Origin: a virus
Direction: 5' to 3' (one strand)
IMG/VR virus record: IMGVR_UViG_3300008107_000019
Location: 1-64,000 of that record
Length of the DNA: 64,000 nucleotides
How positions within the stretch are numbered: position 1 is the first letter of the stretch; every line of letters begins with the position of its first letter. This document shows positions 31,901 to 43,741 of the stretch, piece after piece. Below the pieces are notes generated by a model. It was not told the origin of the DNA. It saw nothing but the letters and a program-made list of their open reading frames with translations, and made no database searches. A program made the translations under genes and the position numbers.

Positions 31901-34900
31901 AGCGGAAGAGGTGGAACAAATCTATTTAATGCAATGGGTATTACTTCCGGCATGGACGACGACCTTCCTGGTCTTGATGAAGTATCATTTAGAGCACAGA
32001 CATACATGAGAACAGTTTGGGATCTCTTTCAAATGTGTGCAAGACTGCTTCCAAATTATATTGTTGCCATTAGACCATTTGAAGATAGATCAACTGTATT
32101 TTATGGAAAACCACATTGGCTATATACATCTGGAGTTGTTCCATTGACTACTGGATATCCGGGAACAAAAAAGGCTGAAGAGCTTGGTATTTCTGCGCCA
32201 AAAGAAGTTGACGTTGATCAAATCCTTGAATCAACAATGCAAAAACTTAACGAGAGTTCAAATCCGTTAGCGGATTCTGCTGCTTTTAGTGATATGAATA
32301 GTTCTTTAATAACAATTCAAGACGTAATGGGTCAGCAATTAACTACATCAGCAGGTGGCGTTTATATACCTGCTGATAAGCTTAAGGATGAAAATGGCAA
32401 GAGTAGAGTTATAGCTTTTGGTTATCAGTCAACAATGGAATACAGAGATGGTTCTGGTAATAAAGTTGCAAAACTTCCAGAATCTTTCGGTTTTGCTACA
32501 ATCGGTTTTCACCTTCCAATAAGCTCAGAAGATGCAGTTGATGTTCCTCTTGATGAAAATCAAATAAAATCACATAAACAAATTGATCAACTTCCACTAA
32601 GATATAGATTCCCATTCTTTACAGATAGAGAAGATAAGATTGTCCTTGAAGATTTTGCTTACTATGCGCTCGGAGATCAACTTGGTTCTTGGAACAACCA
32701 CAATGCAGACTATCTAAAGCTTGCAACTGATAAATGGTCTTACGGAGAAGGCGTAGGTGGAACGAAATCTGAAACAAAATGGATTCAACTTCTCAAGGTG
32801 GAAACAAGTAAGTATGCCGGAATCTCTACCGTAGATGAAGGACTGCTTAAAAACCAAAATGGTTTACCTTTTGCAATGCACTTAAATTCATCAAACATAC
32901 CTAGTTTCAAAGATGCTGAAACTGAAGTCGCAGATTTGTATATATTCCAAGAAAAGTTAGGAAACTCTGTTTCTGGAACTCAACCAAATATAAGAATGCC
33001 ATTGCCAGATAATCCATCTTTAGTTAAAGGTGAGACTAAAGCCAACGTTTATGGTATTCTAAAAGGAAATCCAAGTTTTGATACAAACGCAGCTGCTTTA
33101 AGAGATTGGAAAGCGCCAAAAACTCCGGAAGACGAACAATTTTACATTGCCATGAGATGGCCATATGAACCATCAAGTTCTTTTAGTGAAAATAGCGTGG
33201 AGCAGTTCATACAAAACAATGGAGGTTACACACCAGTAGGAAATGCAAAGTCTTACCAGGAAAGAAAAGTTATGGTTTACAGCCCAACTACTGGTAAAGC
33301 TGTAGTTTGCAGGCCTGCTTATTATCTTTGGGGTAAAGATACTGTTAGTATAATTAAACCTTACGATAATACAGTTGAAACCCCCAACGGAACCACAACT
33401 TTTTCTACTGATAGATATGGAAATACAGTTAATCCTGCATTGGAAACCGGATCACACTGGGGCGTAGGTGGACATAATGCCCTTCAGCTTGGGGATGAAG
33501 TAAAACTTAGCGCACTTGTTTCACCAGATGCAGCCTATTACCTTGGGATGATGAATCTCACCCCTGCTGAAAAAACAGTATGGTCTGATGGAAGATATTC
33601 AAAAAATGAAGACGACTGGAATAACGCTGAAGCAGCAGTAAAAGCATCTGCCGCAGCAGGTGTAGCACCTTTCCCTGTTCCTAGAAAATGTTACTATGCG
33701 TTTGTTCCAGATGACATGCCACTAGGAGTAGTCCCAGATGCAGTGCTTCCTGTAGATGAGTTTGCTCCTCCTGGTCAAGAAAATCTTCTTGATTTTAATT
33801 CAAATAAAAAAATAATATCTTTTGGATTATTTAAGAATAAGAGATTAACTCAACAAAATCCATCATATAATTCGACTGGTTCTTCTGATGAGAATTTCTT
33901 TGAGTTTCAATTAGCAGATTCAGTAAAAATAGAAGATTCTTTAAGCGCCTACGGCAGATTAGAGATAGCTGGCAACCCTCTTGGTGAAGGTGGATTGTAT
34001 GGCCCTGGTTCAGGAGACTATTTTGACATGGTCAAAAACGGTGACTGGAAAGCTATTGATGACCTAAAGAAGGTATTAGAAGACGAAAAGAAAGATAGAT
34101 CAAGCTTTGCCGGCAAACGATTTACAGAAGTATTTAATGAACTTGAGCCTAAATCTGTAGAAGCTAGAAATTATTATGACGAAGACTATGCTCCTAGTAT
34201 TTCAGTTATAGCTGGAAACGGAAGAACGCTTCAGCAAGCAATAGAAATATGGGATCAATTTAGAGCCGGATACCATACTTACTCTAATGTTAAAGAAGCC
34301 TTCCAAAGAGCTTACGGACTACCTGCCGATGGTCCAGAAAGCGAAATTGAGCTTGGAGAATTTTTGAGAGGTGGATTTGATCTTAGTTCTAGACTAGGAG
34401 ATAAGGGTGTTACTTCTGGAAATCAAAGTGCTAGAAAATATATAGAAGATTTAGAAAAGCGATACGCAACCCAAGATTCTGACACTCAAGAAGCAGCAGA
34501 AGCAACAAGAAATAATATTAATAATGTTTTTAGAAACTACTCAGAATCTGGTGGAACAGCAGAAGATGAATTTTCATTAGTATTTGGTGACTCTTTCTTC
34601 AGTGGACCAGATTGGGTTAAAGAAGAAAACGGAATTGCTCAATCAGCTGTCAAAATCAATTCAGAAAAAATTAGACAGGGATTAGAAAAAGCAAGAGAGA
34701 ATTTTATTGACAACCCTGATTCATCAAGTGGTCTCATTAGTTATTTTAACGAATTATTAAATGATAAAATGGATAATATTTTATCAATAATAGAAGGCTC
34801 ACTAGCCGCATCAGGAATAACTGACCAATCTAAGAAAGATGAATACATAGCATCTATAAAAACTCCAAGACAGTTATTCTTATTTATGGTTGGAGCTTTT

Positions 34901-37882
34901 AGAAATAGAATGTGGCAAGATCCTTATGCAAGAGCATGGTTAGTTTTAAAGCCAAATAGAAAGCTAGTTGGCGATGACAAGTGGGACTTTAATCCTGTGT
35001 TAAAAATTTTCCAAGCATACATAGATCCAAATGAGGATTACGCAAAAACTCCTGCAAAATTTACAAAACTTCTTGCTCAAAATAGATCAGAAGGCAGCAG
35101 TGCTACAAACATAGTTGGAAAATGGGCAGAAGATGTTGGTGGTTTCTGGGACAAGAATATAGGTCCACTCTTTACTGCGCTTGGAGACTCCTTAAGTGGT
35201 CTGGTCAATTTATTTAGAATGTCAATGATGCAACTTGGTTATGGTCTATCTCAGGTTGGACAGATGTCAAAGCAAGCAAATATTCTAAACAAAGTTCTTA
35301 ATGACTCAATATATTACTCGTTGGGAAGACCAGGCTCTCTTTTAAGAGCAGTTGACAATCCATTCACAAGAGAGTACGCAGAGCCTGTTATTGAAGTCAG
35401 ACAGCCTTTCCAAAGAATTCACTATTTAAGCTCTTTCTCTCATATTCTTTCAAATGGAATAACAGAAAATTTAAATGGAGTAGCAACCATGGTCACCGCT
35501 GTTTCTGACGGAAAGTATCCAGTTACAGTAGCAATGGACAAATCAGCTCCTGCAGAAAGGCAAGTGGAAAAAACAGTTGAAACTGGACTGTTCTTTGACA
35601 ATGCTACGGGATCTGGTTTATTCGGAGCCTTGCATCCAATACTTCATCCTTTTGAATTTGCTAGAGGAATTTCAAAGTTTGCGCAAGGAACACCAGATGA
35701 AATGCTTGCAAGAAGAGTTGCTTTAGCTCACCTTAAGGAATCTCTCAAAGATATATATACAGGTGAAATCTTAATTATAGGTAATGCCGACATAAGGCCA
35801 CATGACATCGTATATCTTGCTGACGTTTACGAAAGAATGTACGGCATGTTTGAGGTTGAGCAAGTTGTACATCATTTTACTTCAGAGCTTGGATTTGTTA
35901 CATCAATAACTCCAAATGCCTTAGTTACTGTTAATGACCCAGCTAAATGGTTTATGTCATCATGGGTTGGCACATGGATGCATATGCAGGCTCTAAGAAA
36001 CGATACAAGGCTATATATGAGCTCTCTTGGCTCTGGAGTTAACGCAATGGAACAAATGAGCGTAGATGGCTTAGCTGATTCTTTGCAAACTCAAATGGTT
36101 GGCGGTATTCAATTTACCCATGGAGCATCTGCCTTAACAAAAGATATCATGGCACACTTTACCTCTGAGGGAGTAAATGATATCAACGCTCAGGTTAAGG
36201 GTCTGGTAGCACAAGGATCCGCTGCTGCTTCTGGACAAATAGCACTTGGTGGAATGGGGGCAATGTTTGCCGGAGCAACGGCACTAGGAGCCACTGCAGC
36301 CACAATAGCATCTTTTGCTGTTCCAGGAGCTGGATTATTAGTTAAGGGACTATCTGCTGGCTTAGGAGCAGGAGCTGGTGGAAAACTGGCATGGAAGGGC
36401 TGGAGTTGGATAAGAGACAACGTATTAGACCAACATGGCTGTTACATCCAATATCTCAATAGAAATGGCAAGGCTATGGACGCAGGGCTTGGCCTAAGTG
36501 GTCAGGGCATGGTGGTTGGAAGATATCATACAAAGAAACTTCTTCCTGGAATATTGGGTGTTCAATCTAAGATAAGAACAGCAGAAGGTTATTCTTATAT
36601 TAGAACTAACGATTTGCTTTCTAAGTTGGGCTGGAAAGAAAAAGAAATTAATGATTTAGTTAGATACATAGACTTTGAAAACGCTCTAGTTAATTCACAG
36701 GTTCTTAGATACTCTGGAATAGGCCCAGAAAAAGCTGGACTAAATAGATACTTTAAAGTTATATGTAAAGTTGAAGAAGTTATAGACGGTGACACAATAG
36801 ATGTTGTAGACCTTCTTGATACTTCAGGAAAAAAATTCAGAATAAGATTTGATGGAATTAACACTCCTGAAATTAATGTTATTAAAACAGATATAAACGT
36901 ATCTGGAAAAATTGCAAGCATCACAAATGTATCAATCCTTAACGGAAAAGCTACAATAACAACAGAATCTGATCATGGATTTTTGATTGACGAAGTTTCT
37001 GTACTAAATATTCAAAATCCAGGTAATATCTATCTACTAAACGGTTCACACAAGATAGAAGCAGTACCTAGTTCAAACTCATTTGTCATAGCAACAACTC
37101 TACCTAATAGTACGAATGCTAAAACTGGTGTTGCTAGAGTTTATGTAAACACTTCTGGAGAGTATATAAATTCTTCTTCACCTGGTGGAAAAGCAAAAAT
37201 GTTTACTATAAACGCCCTTAAAGATAAGATTTTTGTTTTAAGAATATCTCCAGAAAATGTAACAGGATCTTTTACTGAGCAAGATTTTGAGGCTGGTTCA
37301 ACAAGGTCTTTAGAAAGAAAAATGATAAACGGCAGTCCTGTTCCAGCTTATTATGATAAAGACGTTTTTGGAGAAAGAGTTCTTGGAGTAGTCTTTTATA
37401 AGACCGCAGAACAGTCTATTGAAACAATAGTAAGAGAGGCTAATTTCCTATTTGATAAGTATAAGAAAGCATCTCAGTCAGATCTTTTGTCTCAGCTCGC
37501 CTCAAGTTTTTCTCCTGGAGTTTTTGCGGACAGATATTCTGACCTTTTGGATAAAGCAAAAGTTATCAATAAAGTTGACTACTTCTCTGATTACGCAAGT
37601 GCTTCTATACAAAATATATCAGCAGATTTAAAAAAGACATATAACGCTTATGTTTCTCTGAGAGTAGTCCAATATATATATGAAAGAGTTTCGGAATGGC
37701 CTAATGTTGAATGGGATGAGTACTATGATGATGGTACGCCAGTTTCTTTAAATTATGAGTTAATTGTTAACGGCCTTGCAAAAGTTTATACAAAAGGTCT
37801 GTTGATAGAGCAGCCTTCTGTAATAGACTCGTATGAAAACGCAGGTCTACCAACTCAGGTTACGGTAAATAGGAGCAATTAA
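25966..37882 (+). CDS. giant baseplate hub-like multidomain protein (~3971 aa) with C-terminal thermonuclease domain, joined by a +1 shift at CGG 26254
   Basis: 25966..26274 and 26423..37882 fuse if C26254 is skipped. Hub-like motifs (RLKPGVRVHLRGGYG...IFNGTIT; GEILIIGNADIRPHDIV) and SNase motifs near the C-terminus. Confidence 0.75.
26254..26257 (+). other. +1 recoding site 2: TAC CGG-A
   Basis: In-frame CGG (codon 97). The +1 frame is open from 26231 to 37882; the 0 frame stops 6 codons after CGG. Confidence 0.8.
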
Positions 37883-37883
37883 A

Positions 37884-39912
37884 ATGCCTGATTTTAATTA
37901 TAATATAGATGACCTTTCTGACACTTCCGCTTTAGCAAGTAAAACCTCTTCTGCATTCTATCCTTCTGGAGAACCATTAAAGACTAGCTATTCTGTTTCT
38001 GGAGATGTCAATAGAACGCTAACACAAAGAGATATTCAAGGGGTTCTCTCGCGGAGATGCTCTCTATAGGTCTCCTAATTTTGCTCTGCAGATATCAAAC
38101 CAAAATGCTCAATCAAGTATAAACTCAATACTTTCCTCTATCGGTGGACCAGATGCCAATAATCTAGAGATACAGGATCCTAATAGTCAAAACGAAAATG
38201 CAACACTAAAAGGATCTGCTGCAGCAAAAATGATTGTTTCAAAAACTTCATTAGGTAAAAAATCTTTGTCTTTTGGTACAAGAGACTTTATATCTGAATT
38301 AGAAAACTCAATAACTCAAGGGTCTGGAACAACAGGCGATAATCATCAAGATACTGAGAACTTTACTTTTGATCCAACAAAAGGTGGTCAATCTGAAGTA
38401 AGAGTTATAACTATCAAGGAAGCTCTTTCAAATGAAGAAGCAAAAGTGTATGATGAAAAAATTAAAGAGATAAGAGATAAGGGAATAGTTACAAGTAAAC
38501 ATGTTCCTTATGTTGCTAACTTTCCTCAAACAAACGTAAGCCTAAAAGCCACTGCAGCAAGAGATCTTCCTAGTTATGTTTCTCAACCTGATTTTAATTT
38601 TGCTAAATTTAATGGACAAACTGTTCTTCCATGCGCATCTTTAATGGAACTTTTATTAGTTCTTGATTCTAAGATAGTTATCAAAGGAGACTTTTCTTTA
38701 GATAGAGGAGCTTTAATATCGGGTGGAAAAGCAGTTGTAGAAAATGCAACACTTAACGACCATAGTACTGGTAGAGGCATAGACATAGGAAAAATTGGAC
38801 CAAACGATTCAGAAATATATTCAACTTGGGCTAAAAATATTGACATTAATAGAAAAGCTTTTTTGCTTCTTTTAGATACATTAAATGCAATTGATGAATC
38901 AATTCTTCCTGACTTAATAGTTTTTGATGATAGATTAGCTACTGAATTTGGGATGGTCACAGGAAAATTTGATATAGACAATAGGGAAGTGAACCTTAAT
39001 GGAATCTTGCAGAAGCAGTATCCAAAATTAAGAAAGATTAATTTTCATCCAGACAGTGGGCACCAAGACCATTTTCATATAGCTTTTTCTCCACAAAGAG
39101 CCGGAACATACCAAGACTATGTTGACTATGATTATTCTTCAAGCGGATCCTCTACAGATTTTGACGGAGTAGCCACAGGAGAATCTACAGCGACTTCTGA
39201 AATATTTAGAAGCTATATAAATAGTAATGAAAAAATAAAAAATAGAAATGCACTTTATAAAGCGTTGATTGACTATGGTGGATTTAGGCCAGAAAGTGCA
39301 GCAATATTTATGATGATTGCAGAAAGAGAATCTAATATAGGTGCAGATTCATTTAACGGTAATATAGGTACTCGTGATTACTCTATAGGTTTATGGCAAA
39401 CTAATTTTTATGGAGTTTCAGCTTTTATAGAAAGAGACATAGAAATTCCAGTAGGTACACCTGGTGGAATTACTAAAAAGAAATACAAGGCATATAAGCT
39501 TTTGTTTAAGGATCACGATAAATTTAGTCCAAAAATTGTTGGAAAAGATACAGCTATAGCAAAAATGGAAGAGCTTACAACTAAAGGTAAGGCTTATTCT
39601 GACCCAATCTTATGGACACCGATTGCACAGATAGCTGTTTTGAAGATGCAAGTTCAAAATTATATTAACAATAAAGGTTTAAACAGAAGGGGCTGGTATT
39701 ATTCGCCTTGGGGGGAATATGGCGGCGGACCTGAGTATGGCTGGATTACTAAATTAAAGTTTAAAACAGCAGTAGAATTTTATGTAAAGAATAATCCAGG
39801 AAAAACAGAAGAAGATTTAAAAAAACACTGTCGACCATTTATTGAAAATATGGAAAATACAGCAGGAAAGACGGTTTATAATCAGTGGCTTAACGGGCAG
39901 GTGTTTGGATGA
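37884..39912 (+). CDS. tail-associated lysin (~675 aa): M15-like Zn peptidase plus SLT/lysozyme-like domain, joined by a +1 shift at CGG 38052
   Basis: NDHSTGRGID...HQDHFHI and IAERESN...DYSIGLWQTN...SPW. ATG 37884 is coupled to the previous stop. Confidence 0.75.
38052..38055 (+). other. +1 recoding site 3: TCG CGG-A
   Basis: In-frame CGG (codon 57). Skipping C gives GDALYRSPNF..., open into the 38230 ORF. Confidence 0.8.
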
Positions 39913-40266
39913 TATACCCTAAATTTGACCAAAAAATAAATGATCAAATTCAATCTTCAAGGATGCAACAAGCCAAAACTAGAATGGCAACAGTTGCTTC
40001 TTATGATAAAATTAAAAATACTTTAACTCTAATTATGGAGTCACAGTATTCTGATACAATTGGAAACATAGTTGGAGATGTCCCATGTCCAAATATATAT
40101 CGGAATTCAAACAGTTGCCCCAGAGCCTGGTGATAGATGTATAGTTGGTTTTAGTGACGAAAATGAAAGATATCCTTTTGTAATTAATTTTGTTAATGAC
40201 TACGCTAATGAAAAGCTTTTAAATAATGGAATAGCAAATACTGGAATACCAAGGTATATGATTTAA
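39909..40266 (+). CDS. baseplate spike N-terminal OB-fold-like protein (~118 aa), joined by a +1 shift at CGG 40101
   Basis: The fused sequence ATVASYD...DVPCPNIY-G-IQTVAPEPGDRCIVGF...PFVI restores the gpV/gp5/gp138 OB-fold pattern. Confidence 0.75.
40101..40104 (+). other. +1 recoding site 4: TAT CGG-A
   Basis: In-frame CGG (codon 65) in the middle of a recognisable domain. Confidence 0.8.
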
Positions 40267-40267
40267 T

Positions 40268-40921
40268 ATGGTAAATAAAAAAATCCTCGAAAATGACGTA
40301 ACTAAAAATATAGACAACTTTAATGAAGCTGAAGAGTTGCGTAAAAGAAATACTTTCTCAAGAAGAGAGGTCGGCCTAACACACCCCGACACAAGTGCCT
40401 TTGTGAGACTGAACGACAGAGGCGAAGTTGAGATATTTGCTGGAGAAGAGCTTGGTATTATAATTAGCCCTTCAAGCAGGTCGATATCCATATTTGCTGA
40501 CGTGGTTAAAATTGTTACAAAAGAAGACTATGGATTAAGATGGAATAATATGAGTTTTAATTATTCTGGAGATACATTCAATGAGCCATCTTTAGTTAAA
40601 ACCAATGAAAAAGAGATTAACTCTGGATTTAATTACGCTAATTATTATCTAGAAGCACTTACTGATCTTGAGGTTTTGGAGAAAGAAACTAATGTTGTTA
40701 CTATTAGTGGGGAGTACGGGTTTTCGAAAAATCCAGTCGATTCAGAGTCAAACTCAATAACTATGGTTTCTGGAAAGATATCTGAAGAAGATTACGCTCT
40801 TTTAAAGGAATATAGTTTTACTAATTCTCAAGAAAAAGTAGATTATATGAAAAAGCTTCTTGAGTCTGGTTTTACATTTAATCAAGCTAGGGAAAAGACA
40901 ATGAGGGACAAGGGTGTCTGA
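40268..40921 (+). CDS. putative spike-associated baseplate protein
   Basis: HPDTSAFVRLNDRGEVEI resembles the beta-strand region of gp5/gpV spikes; lies between the OB-fold and gp25-like genes. Confidence 0.45.
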   Translation: MVNKKILENDVTKNIDNFNEAEELRKRNTFSRREVGLTHPDTSAFVRLNDRGEVEIFAGEELGIIISPSSRSISIFADVVKIVTKEDYGLRWNNMSFNYSGDTFNEPSLVKTNEKEINSGFNYANYYLEALTDLEVLEKETNVVTISGEYGFSKNPVDSESNSITMVSGKISEEDYALLKEYSFTNSQEKVDYMKKLLESGFTFNQAREKTMRDKGV

Positions 40922-41294
40922 TCTATTTTTAACGCTAGATGGCGATCTAATGATGAATGGCAATAAAGATATAGCCAAAGTAAACTCCGCTGTACAAAAT
41001 GACATTCAACAAGTTTATATTAGATTAATGACTGAACCAGGAGACTTTCATGCATATCCTAGTTTAGGAGTAGACCTTTCAGTTCTCTACGGCATGCCGC
41101 AAACAAAATCAACTGGCGATACAGGTAGGATGCTAATCCTATCTGCTATGGAACGAGAGGGAGTTTTTAAAGGTAAGAATGTTACCATAGAAGCTGTCCC
41201 AACTGGTCCTGATACAATTAGATTCGATGTTCACGTACAATCTGGTGCATCTAATCCAGTGACATTAAGCATTAAGCAGAATCTAGGAGCATAA
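40914..41294 (+). CDS. baseplate wedge / sheath initiator, gp25-like
   Basis: DGDL...QQVYIRLMTEPGD...YPSLGVDL; 126 aa, immediately before baseplate J. Confidence 0.8.
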   Translation: MSDLFLTLDGDLMMNGNKDIAKVNSAVQNDIQQVYIRLMTEPGDFHAYPSLGVDLSVLYGMPQTKSTGDTGRMLILSAMEREGVFKGKNVTIEAVPTGPDTIRFDVHVQSGASNPVTLSIKQNLGA

Positions 41295-42464
41295 ATGCCT
41301 TCAATAAATACTAAAACAAAAGATGAAATAATAGTTAGGATTTTAAACTCCTTAGAGCAAAATGCTAGTATTACTGCAACTTCTCCTGGTTCTATAGCTA
41401 GAGCATTTGCCGATGCTTTTGGCACCGAGATGTTTTATTTATATGAATCATTTAAAGAAGCAGTAAGTCAAACGAACCTTTCTACAGCTTCTGGTAGAGG
41501 TCTTGATTTAATAGGAGAAATGTATAATGTTAAAAGAAAAACATTATCAGATCAACTTGTTTATGAGAGAACAACCGCAAATATTGAGTTTATTTTAGAC
41601 AAACCATATACTTCTGACATTATAATTCCCAAAGGTACACTTGTATACAATGATGTTGGCTCTTATAATTCGACACAATACTCATATAAACTTTCTAATG
41701 ACGTTGCAATCTTAGCTGGAGTAACAAAAGCTTATGGAATTGTCACTCCAAACTTCCAGTCAAATGACCATGTTGCATCAGTAGGGTCATTAACTAGACA
41801 TAACTTTATTGGTCCAGCTGGAGTTATACTTTTCTGCACTAACCCCAAGGAAGTTTACCCTGTTATAAACGCAGAATCTGACGACAATTATAGAAGAAGA
41901 ATTCTTTCTGCGGTTAAAGTAAGTGCCACGGGAACAGTTGAGGCATTGCGATTTGCTGCACTATCAGTAAATGGCGTTAAGGATGTTAGAATAAGAGAAG
42001 GGTCTTTTGGCCTAGGCTCATGTGAAATCATAGTGGTTCCAGAGGTTCCTGGAAGAATAGGCAATATTCCAACAATTGTAAATTCAGCAATATCAGAAAT
42101 AAGACCTTTGGGAATAAGAATTAATATATCTGCAGCAAATCCACTTCCAGTGAGTGTTAATGCCACAATCACTCTTCCATACGGAACAAATGAAAACCTT
42201 AGAGTTGGAATTCAAAATCAAGCTAGTCTTTTTGTCAAGAGATATTTGAATTCTCTGACCATAGGCGACACCATGTCTATTCAAGAAGTCGAAAGACAAA
42301 TAAGAATATCATCAGATTTAATTAGAAGTATTAACATAACCAACATAACTGCACAGGGAACATCTATTAACAGAAAAGATTTTAGGGCTCAAACAGAAAG
42401 AGATTACATAGTTTCTGGCGATATCTCCATAAACTCTGTTATAATTGGTGTGTCTAACTACTAA
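41295..42464 (+). CDS. baseplate J-like protein
   Basis: PGSIARAF, TASGRGLDLIG, IIPKGTLV, AESDDNYRRRI, GTVEALRFAALSVNGV, RPLGI. Confidence 0.9.
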   Translation: MPSINTKTKDEIIVRILNSLEQNASITATSPGSIARAFADAFGTEMFYLYESFKEAVSQTNLSTASGRGLDLIGEMYNVKRKTLSDQLVYERTTANIEFILDKPYTSDIIIPKGTLVYNDVGSYNSTQYSYKLSNDVAILAGVTKAYGIVTPNFQSNDHVASVGSLTRHNFIGPAGVILFCTNPKEVYPVINAESDDNYRRRILSAVKVSATGTVEALRFAALSVNGVKDVRIREGSFGLGSCEIIVVPEVPGRIGNIPTIVNSAISEIRPLGIRINISAANPLPVSVNATITLPYGTNENLRVGIQNQASLFVKRYLNSLTIGDTMSIQEVERQIRISSDLIRSINITNITAQGTSINRKDFRAQTERDYIVSGDISINSVIIGVSNY

Positions 42465-42480
42465 AAGGTTGGTTTTATAA

Positions 42481-43722
42481 ATGAGTGAAAAGTATTTCCT
42501 CTTGACGACTAAGCATATCGTCAAGGCGCCTAATATGACACAGGCAAAATTAGCGGTTGAGGGTGAATCCGATTTTGTCGGAGAAGTCCTTAAGCAAAAT
42601 GTAGATGTTAATGAAGTCTCTAATGCTGAAGCTATTAAATACGTTGGCTTAACAGATTCCGTTAAGTCTGATTTTGTATATGATGATTCTTTGGACTTTT
42701 CTGATGAAGACGGAGCAGAATCATTTAGTAATAAATTTGATCTATTAAGATCAGAGAATAGAAGATTAGCAAAAGCTGTCGATAAGTATAAGAATGTTAA
42801 AGACGAAGCTGTTCTGGCAGTTTATCAGGCAGCGTACGATGCATTTTCGTCATACGAAATGCCACAGATTAAATCACCAAACATTAAGTCTTCTAAGACT
42901 GGAACGCCAGAAACAGCAGTTGCTGTATTTGCAGACTGGCAACTAGGTAAAGTTACTCCAACGTACAATAGTGATGTTCTTTCTAATAGAATAGAGTTGT
43001 ATACAGAAAAGCTTTTGGAAATTGCTGAGATCCAAAGAGCCGATCACCCAGTGGATAACCTTCACGTCTGGTTACTTGGCGATATTGTTGAAGGGGAAGA
43101 AATCTTTCCTGGACAAAGCCATTTAATTGACTCTGGCTTGTATAGACAAGTTGGAGTTAATGGTCCTGAAATACTTAGCACATTTCTTAAAACAGCTTTA
43201 GAAAACTTTAAACACGTTCATGTTACTGGAGTAATCGGAAATCACGGAGCAGTTGGCGGTAGAGCTAGAAAGCAACACGATCCAGAGACCAATATGGACA
43301 GACTGCTCTACAAGATTGTTGAGCTAATTTTTAAAGATGAACCAAGAATTACATTCAACATTCCTGATGGCAAGGGTGAAAGAAACTTCTATGCTGTAGA
43401 CAACATCGGTAACTATAGTTCTTTGTTGATTCATGGCGACCAAATGCCTGCGCCAACGTCATACTATGGTTACTATAAAAAGGTAATGGGATGGAAGGAT
43501 GGAGCTATTCCAGAGAACTTTGATGATGTTTTCATGGGTCATTACCATCAGCAATTTAAGATGACTATTGGAAGTGGACTTTTGAGAATCTCGGGTTCAC
43601 CAGAAAGTCATAACACTTATGCACAAGAATACTTCTCTTCAATGAGTAGACCTTGTCAGCACTTAATGTTTGTTCACCCAGAGAATGGCATTACTTCAGA
43701 ATACTCTATCTGGTTAGACTAA
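42481..43722 (+). CDS. calcineurin-like metallophosphoesterase with N-terminal coiled coil
   Basis: ADWQLGK, LGDIVEG, GNHG, IHGD and MGHYHQ motifs in canonical order. Confidence 0.85.
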   Translation: MSEKYFLLTTKHIVKAPNMTQAKLAVEGESDFVGEVLKQNVDVNEVSNAEAIKYVGLTDSVKSDFVYDDSLDFSDEDGAESFSNKFDLLRSENRRLAKAVDKYKNVKDEAVLAVYQAAYDAFSSYEMPQIKSPNIKSSKTGTPETAVAVFADWQLGKVTPTYNSDVLSNRIELYTEKLLEIAEIQRADHPVDNLHVWLLGDIVEGEEIFPGQSHLIDSGLYRQVGVNGPEILSTFLKTALENFKHVHVTGVIGNHGAVGGRARKQHDPETNMDRLLYKIVELIFKDEPRITFNIPDGKGERNFYAVDNIGNYSSLLIHGDQMPAPTSYYGYYKKVMGWKDGAIPENFDDVFMGHYHQQFKMTIGSGLLRISGSPESHNTYAQEYFSSMSRPCQHLMFVHPENGITSEYSIWLD

Positions 43723-43741
43723 GTCAGGAAGGCATCTGTAG

